From Patescibacteria group bacterium (GTDB taxonomy: Bacteria; Patescibacteriota; Minisyncoccia; Minisyncoccales; Staskawiczbacteraceae), in the NCBI GenBank assembly GCA_018895235.1, contig JAHIOM010000014.1, positions 5,203-69,202 on the forward strand: a stretch of 64,000 bases of DNA, read 5' to 3'. The position numbers and the translations under genes are program-made. Below are positions 59,063 through 64,000 of the stretch, in pieces (the stretch's first letter is position 1; each line of letters opens with the position of its first letter). Under the pieces are notes generated by a model. That model was not told where the DNA came from. It saw only the letters and a program-made list of their open reading frames with translations, and ran no database searches.

Positions 59063-59767
59063 TTAATTTTTCGGAAATTTTGGTCGCCAACCTAAAAAAT
59101 TATCTAATGAGTGAACGCGCCCCAGAACATTAGAAACCGCATAAAAAGCGGCGAAATTGTTCGGCACTTTGTCGACTTCGATGCACATACGCACCAATTC
59201 TATTAAATCTTCCTTATATAAAAGAACTCTGTCATACAGTGGATCTTCATTAAACATAATTTTATTGTATTTGTTGACACCGCCAAAACGCAGACAAACT
59301 ACCTCAAGGCTATATTTTCTGGAAAAAAAACGGCCGAGGTGCTCAATGTAAACCTTGCCTGCTCCGTATGGTGTGTCGGGAAAATTTTCAGACATTGGAG
59401 ATATATATTCACCAACCATAGCATTAGAATAATCGTTAACGTGAACGGAGCTAGCAATAATAACACGTGAAATCTTTTTTTCTACAGCAACGCGATATAT
59501 ATTCTCTGCCATCATCTTATTCTGCTGAACTATATTTTCATTAGGAAAATCCTCCCGCATATCCCAAGCTAAATGAATTATCACATCATCCTTATTAAGA
59601 AGATCCTTAAATTTTTCATACTCATTGGCAAGATCTATGGCAAAAGTTTTATTTTGGGAAATTTTGTCTATACATAATAAATCAAATGAATCCTTCAGGC
59701 CGTCTTGTAAAATCATCCCCAATGAACCTTGACTGCCAGTTATTACGATTCTTTTTGATTGTTTCAT
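59063..59767 (-). CDS. NAD(P)-dependent extended SDR oxidoreductase/epimerase
   Basis: ITGSQGSLG, IIHLA, ASS, YGAGK (YxxxK), CLRFG. Confidence 0.88.
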   Translation of the reverse strand: MKQSKRIVITGSQGSLGMILQDGLKDSFDLLCIDKISQNKTFAIDLANEYEKFKDLLNKDDVIIHLAWDMREDFPNENIVQQNKMMAENIYRVAVEKKISRVIIASSVHVNDYSNAMVGEYISPMSENFPDTPYGAGKVYIEHLGRFFSRKYSLEVVCLRFGGVNKYNKIMFNEDPLYDRVLLYKEDLIELVRMCIEVDKVPNNFAAFYAVSNVLGRVHSLDNFLGWRPKFPKN

Positions 59768-59805
59768 GTTTTAGCAGTTAGTAAATTAAAGTTATTTTGT
59801 CTATT

Positions 59806-60813
59806 CTAGTAGATTATACCCATAGCTTCTTTTACCATCTTTATAGTTTCTTGAGCTATTTTTTTCTCGCGATTACTCCCCTCTACCAAAATTTCTTTAA
59901 TAAAATTCGGCCGTTGTTGAAATTTTTGCCTTCTTTCTCTGATTGGTTTAAGAAACTGGTTTAATGCTTCTGCTAATTTTCTTTTTACTTCAGAATCAGA
60001 AACTTTGCCCTTTCTGTATAATTCCTTTAAATTGTTGACCTCGTCGATATTTGGATTAAAAGCGTCGTGATATAGAAAAACTGGATTTCCTTCAACGGTT
60101 CCGGGGATATTTGCATGAATTCTTTTCGGGTCTGTATACATTTTTTTTACTTTCTCAACCACAGTTGCCTCGTCGTCGGAAAGATATATAGCATTATTTA
60201 GCGATTTACCCATTTTCAAATTACCGTCTATTCCTGGTAAACGTGGAATTCTACCGACAACAGCCCTAGGAATTGGAAAAACATCTTTATAAATTTTATT
60301 AAACTTCCTAGCTATTCTTCGCGTAAGTTCAATATGAGGCAACTGATCTTCGCCAACTGGTACAATATGAGCTCTTGCCAATAAAATATCTGCTACCTGA
60401 GTAGCGGGATAATTAAAAAAACCGAGCGATATTTGTTTAGAAATTTGTTTCATCTCTGTTTTTAAAGTGGGATTATTTTTTATTTCCGACAAAGGTATTA
60501 TCATCGATAAAAGCATATAAAGCTCTGCATGCTCCGGAACATAACTTTGGACCACAAAATTGCACTTTTGTGGATCTAATCCCACAGAAAGCCAATCTAG
60601 AGTTATTTCATATACTGCCTTTCTAATTAATTCTATATTATCAGAATAATCTCCGAATGCCTGATAATCAGAAATTAGAAAAAAACAATCAAACTCATCT
60701 TGAAAACTTAACCAATTATCGAGGGCGCCCACAAAATGCCCTAAATGCAAAGAGCCAGTTGGGCGCATACCTGATAAAAGTCTTTCTTTATTTTTAAAAT
60801 CTGATTCTATCAT
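59806..60813 (-). CDS. trpS: Tryptophanyl-tRNA synthetase
   Basis: [34 protein letters not shown]. Confidence 0.95.
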   Translation of the reverse strand: MIESDFKNKERLLSGMRPTGSLHLGHFVGALDNWLSFQDEFDCFFLISDYQAFGDYSDNIELIRKAVYEITLDWLSVGLDPQKCNFVVQSYVPEHAELYMLLSMIIPLSEIKNNPTLKTEMKQISKQISLGFFNYPATQVADILLARAHIVPVGEDQLPHIELTRRIARKFNKIYKDVFPIPRAVVGRIPRLPGIDGNLKMGKSLNNAIYLSDDEATVVEKVKKMYTDPKRIHANIPGTVEGNPVFLYHDAFNPNIDEVNNLKELYRKGKVSDSEVKRKLAEALNQFLKPIRERRQKFQQRPNFIKEILVEGSNREKKIAQETIKMVKEAMGIIY

Positions 60814-60814
60814 T

Positions 60815-61768
60815 TTAGTAAGGAAAATAATTAGAAATATTTTTTGCCATTACCGTAAACGACTCAAGATCTCCCTTGTTATATTTACTATCAACCAATT
60901 CAAATAATTTTTCGTATGTTTCTAATACCCAGTATGGAGATTTTTCAAAAATTAATTTGTAATAATTATCATCTTTGTTAAGTAAAAATCTTTCTTCTTT
61001 TTCCGATTTGAACATTCTGGCTGTTCCTGAAATATTAGGAAGCGGTAAAAAGGCTAAAAAGTTAGGTGATTTGTATTTTTTTTCATATTTCCTTGCAAAT
61101 AAGATACAGGCATGTTGTGCCATATCAGCAACGATTAAATTACGATGAGGTCCAAATAGTTTATCAAAAGCATATGAAGTATTGCAAACAAGCATTCTTT
61201 TGCTAGACATAATCCTTAGACGAGAGTGCAATTGCTTTTTGACTCTATCTTGGGAAATATTAAATAAATAAGTGGAATCTTCGGCAGATAGATGAATGTG
61301 TAGCTCTTTGATAGATTCATTAATTATCTTATCGTACCCTAAATAATTTGTATTTATTATTTCTAGCTCTACACCCAATTCTTTTGCCATATCTTTTGCC
61401 GTTTTTTCTAACTGAGAACCAAGTTTTATATAATAATTGCTTAACTTGGGCTGAAAAATTATTTCTTCCTTCACTCCAATAAATAATTTACATGGCAAAT
61501 TTAAACTGTTTGCTATTTTAAGTGGTATAAAAATCTGCGAAAATGTATTTAGGCAAAAACCCTCTATATCTTTTCTTATACACGGCCCGCCAATTATTAA
61601 TTCTGGTTTTTCATTATCTAATTGTCCACAGAAAAAATCATTCTTAAAAATTTTACTATCAATAAAATTTGATTTTATTCTCGATATATCTTTTTCTGTT
61701 AAAGAGCACTCTTTTTTCAAGATTTGGAATGGGTTAAACGCTTGCATTAACTTGAGGCCTGAATTCAT
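60815..61768 (-). CDS. Degenerate class Ic aaRS-like protein
   Basis: [17 protein letters not shown]...[13 protein letters not shown] aligns by eye with Trp[19 protein letters not shown]...[13 protein letters not shown]. Confidence 0.6.
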   Translation of the reverse strand: MNSGLKLMQAFNPFQILKKECSLTEKDISRIKSNFIDSKIFKNDFFCGQLDNEKPELIIGGPCIRKDIEGFCLNTFSQIFIPLKIANSLNLPCKLFIGVKEEIIFQPKLSNYYIKLGSQLEKTAKDMAKELGVELEIINTNYLGYDKIINESIKELHIHLSAEDSTYLFNISQDRVKKQLHSRLRIMSSKRMLVCNTSYAFDKLFGPHRNLIVADMAQHACILFARKYEKKYKSPNFLAFLPLPNISGTARMFKSEKEERFLLNKDDNYYKLIFEKSPYWVLETYEKLFELVDSKYNKGDLESFTVMAKNISNYFPY

Positions 61769-61851
61769 AATTTTGTTATTTTATCAAAAGAATTAATTTT
61801 TTTCAAGTTTTTTAGCTTTTTTAACCAAATCTTTATTATTAAACATTATTT

Positions 61852-62883
61852 TCAGCGAGTTCCGGTTTCTTTTAAAACCTTACTGCCCTGCTCTTTTATT
61901 ATCAATTCTACTTTTTCCTTTGTTACTCCATTTGTGCAGCCTGTTTCTAGAGAAGCGGCGGCACCTGTAGCCTGAGCAAATAAAAGCATTTCTATCAACT
62001 CTTCTCGACTGAAATCGCTAAATTTATTCCATTTAAGTAACTTATAAACGATACCAGCACAAAATGCATCGCCACATCCCGTAGGATCAATCCAGTCAAC
62101 CTTAAAAGCTGGCTGAAAAATTTCTATATTTTTAGTAATTAACCTAGCTCCTTTTTCTCCTTCAGTAATAAATAAAAATTCCTTTACTATGCCCTTTAAA
62201 TCTCTAACAGCCTCCTCTATGGTATTTTTCCCAGTAATTTTCATTGCTTCTCCGGTATTACAATGAATGGCATTAGCTTCGCTAACTGCCGGTAAGATAT
62301 AATCCCAATCTTTTTTATATGGGCGACAAACATCCAAAAGTATAAATGTTTTTTTCATCTCCCTAAATATAGAGTCTATTGTTAAATCTATTCCAGAATA
62401 GCCAGGTCGAACGCAAAATACTTTTGGCCTAGTTTCCTTTAAAACTTTTTTTAAAAATGATGGGGATAATTCCGAGCTTGCTCCAGGACTAACATGGAAT
62501 CTTCGATCTTCATTTCTTACTACTAAAACCATATCTGTTGTAGTATGCCTTTCTGTTTTTTGAATGAAAGTCTTAACGCCAAAGTCCTTGATTGTGCTTT
62601 CTAAAAAATCTCCGAAAATATCTTTTCCCAAGCCAATTACTGTTCCTAATTGCGCCGGATTAATTCCTAATTGTGCCAGGTCAATTACAATGTTACCTGG
62701 AAAACCTCCATTCTTTAAAGAGATATCGGTATCCACATAAATCATTTCGCCTGGTTCTGCGATTTTTGGAAGATTGGCGGCAACAATATCGGCACTAATC
62801 ATCCCCGAAGTAATTACCAATAATCCATCTTTCTTCCTAAGATTATTTTTTGTATTTTGATCTTCTTTATATTTTTTATTCAT
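61852..62883 (-). CDS. PfkB-family carbohydrate kinase
   Basis: GGFPGN, LGKDIFG, ITEGEKGA, DPTGCGDAF. Confidence 0.92.
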   Translation of the reverse strand: MNKKYKEDQNTKNNLRKKDGLLVITSGMISADIVAANLPKIAEPGEMIYVDTDISLKNGGFPGNIVIDLAQLGINPAQLGTVIGLGKDIFGDFLESTIKDFGVKTFIQKTERHTTTDMVLVVRNEDRRFHVSPGASSELSPSFLKKVLKETRPKVFCVRPGYSGIDLTIDSIFREMKKTFILLDVCRPYKKDWDYILPAVSEANAIHCNTGEAMKITGKNTIEEAVRDLKGIVKEFLFITEGEKGARLITKNIEIFQPAFKVDWIDPTGCGDAFCAGIVYKLLKWNKFSDFSREELIEMLLFAQATGAAASLETGCTNGVTKEKVELIIKEQGSKVLKETGTR

Positions 62884-62916
62884 AATCTTGATTATTTAAT
62901 TTTACCAATGACCTCC

Positions 62917-63483
62917 TCCCCGCCCTCCCTGGGGGTCGGAGCGGGGTTTCCTTTCGTGTCATGAGAGTTCTCCAGTTAAATCAATCCCTCGGTCGAAGTT
63001 ATTCTGTCTTTCGATGTATTTTCTAATGTTCGCCTCATTGAGTCCAACAGTAGATACAAAATATCCAGTGCCCCAGATGCCTTTATCGTCGTACATTTTT
63101 GAAACAAAGTCGAACCTTTCGCGAAGATAAATACTGGTTTGGGATTTTACCACAGAGACAACGAAGGATATTGAGTATTTTGGTGGTATTTCCATCAAAA
63201 GATGGACATGGTCATCGCCAGTATTTATCTTCGCGAAATACCAATCTGGGTATTTCTTTTGTATTTGGTAGAGTCTTTTTACCAGTTCCTCTCGGACATA
63301 ATGTTTCAAAAATTTACGACGGTAAAGAGTGCCCCAAACCAAGTGGTATTCTGTCTGGTATACGCTGTGATTTAACTGTCGAACCCTCATGCTAACAGCA
63401 TACCACACCGCGGTGTGGTATGCCCATTCATCCCCGCCCTCGGCGGACTCTGAAGCGTTTCAACGCCTCAGGCGGGGTTTCCT
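62917..63483 (-). mobile_element. IS200/IS605-family element (tnpA only)
   Basis: tnpA flanked by related imperfect hairpins ccccgcc...gcggggtttcct at ~62917-62953 and ~63432-63483. Confidence 0.85.
62959..63408 (-). CDS. tnpA: IS200-family Y1 transposase
   Basis: YHLVW, DHVHLL (HUH), WGTGYFVSTVG, YIERQ. Confidence 0.95.
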   Translation of the reverse strand: MWYAVSMRVRQLNHSVYQTEYHLVWGTLYRRKFLKHYVREELVKRLYQIQKKYPDWYFAKINTGDDHVHLLMEIPPKYSISFVVSVVKSQTSIYLRERFDFVSKMYDDKGIWGTGYFVSTVGLNEANIRKYIERQNNFDRGIDLTGELS

Positions 63484-63544
63484 GTAAGGAAATAAAAAAC
63501 CACCTCAATTAAAAGGCGGCTTTAACAAAATCTATTATATAAAA

Positions 63545-63787
63545 TTAATATGGAAGTTTTATTCCTAATTTGTCAGCAACTAAATGCAACCATTTTTCGT
63601 GCCTATCAATTTTCTGCGACAACATTAACATTTCTTGAAAATATGCGTCAGCTTTTTCGGCGTACTTATCAACAGCGGTCATTAAATTCTGGATATCAAC
63701 TTTGTCTGCCTTGGTTTCTAATACTTTCTCAATTTTCGTAAAACGTTCGTCTAAATATGTAATTAACTCTGAAGAATCTTCTGCCAT
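63545..63787 (-). CDS. Small coiled-coil protein, copy 2
   Basis: Paralog of 55099..55335. Confidence 0.8.
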   Translation of the reverse strand: MAEDSSELITYLDERFTKIEKVLETKADKVDIQNLMTAVDKYAEKADAYFQEMLMLSQKIDRHEKWLHLVADKLGIKLPY

Positions 63788-63827
63788 ATATTTTTATTAT
63801 ATACCCACTAAAAATAGTGTCAAATAA

Positions 63828-63914
63828 ATGCGCGGGCAGTGGGACGCAGTTCGAACTTGGTTCTGGGAGAACTTCCCGGCGATAGAGTCGATCCGGATTG
63901 TATTGGAAACTTAA
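63828..63914 (+). repeat. Cassette junction 12 (core + family-C tail)
   Basis: MRGQWDAVRTWFWENFPAIESIRIVLET*. Confidence 0.88.
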
Positions 63915-64000
63915 GTAAATATCTCTCCGCGAATAAATGATGTTTGGACCCTGGGTTAGCTAAAAATAAAGGGGGAATTGGAAAAATTGAGTTTGCTATA

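Noticed and set aside
791..63741. Many short antisense or overlapping ORFs in the six-frame track
   Set aside because: They are shadows of well-supported genes on the opposite strand or in another frame.
55099..63787. Duplicated small gene as a DGR template/variable repeat pair
   Set aside because: Differences are not adenine-specific, both copies are intact ORFs, and there is no reverse transcriptase in the window.
32865..63914. Junction repeats as a CRISPR array or classical integron attC sites
   Set aside because: Spacing is 0.15-9 kb with whole genes between, and no cas or intI gene is present. No RYYYAAC...GTTRRRY-bounded palindromes were found.

Overview
AT-rich bacterial chromosome segment. 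Its gene set and style suggest Patescibacteria/CPR (Parcubacteria-like); this is an inference. About 1-32.8 kb is mostly housekeeping: valS, dnaE, thrS, miaB/miaA, gatB, thyX, two tmk genes, a dCMP deaminase, rplK-nusG-secE, gyrB and pheST. Oddities there are a Cys-bodied tRNA with a Val (TAC) anticodon next to a divergent valS, and a dnaE broken into two ORFs around a free-standing LAGLIDADG gene, with a further intein in the second ORF. From about 32.8 kb to the window end, the DNA is a tandem array of integrase-free gene cassettes. They are separated by at least 13 related junctions: hairpin + GCGCG(GG) core resembling a tRNA 3' end on the minus strand + a start-less peptide-coding tail (e.g. 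WRGWRDDFRTFEWEKAFP...). One cassette holds a terminase-small-subunit-like gene followed by about 12 small genes sharing an AAATAAATCTATGAAAGAAAAAATTAA-type junction. Another holds TrpRS, a degenerate class Ic aaRS-like paralog, a PfkB kinase and an SDR. An IS200-like element lies near the right end.
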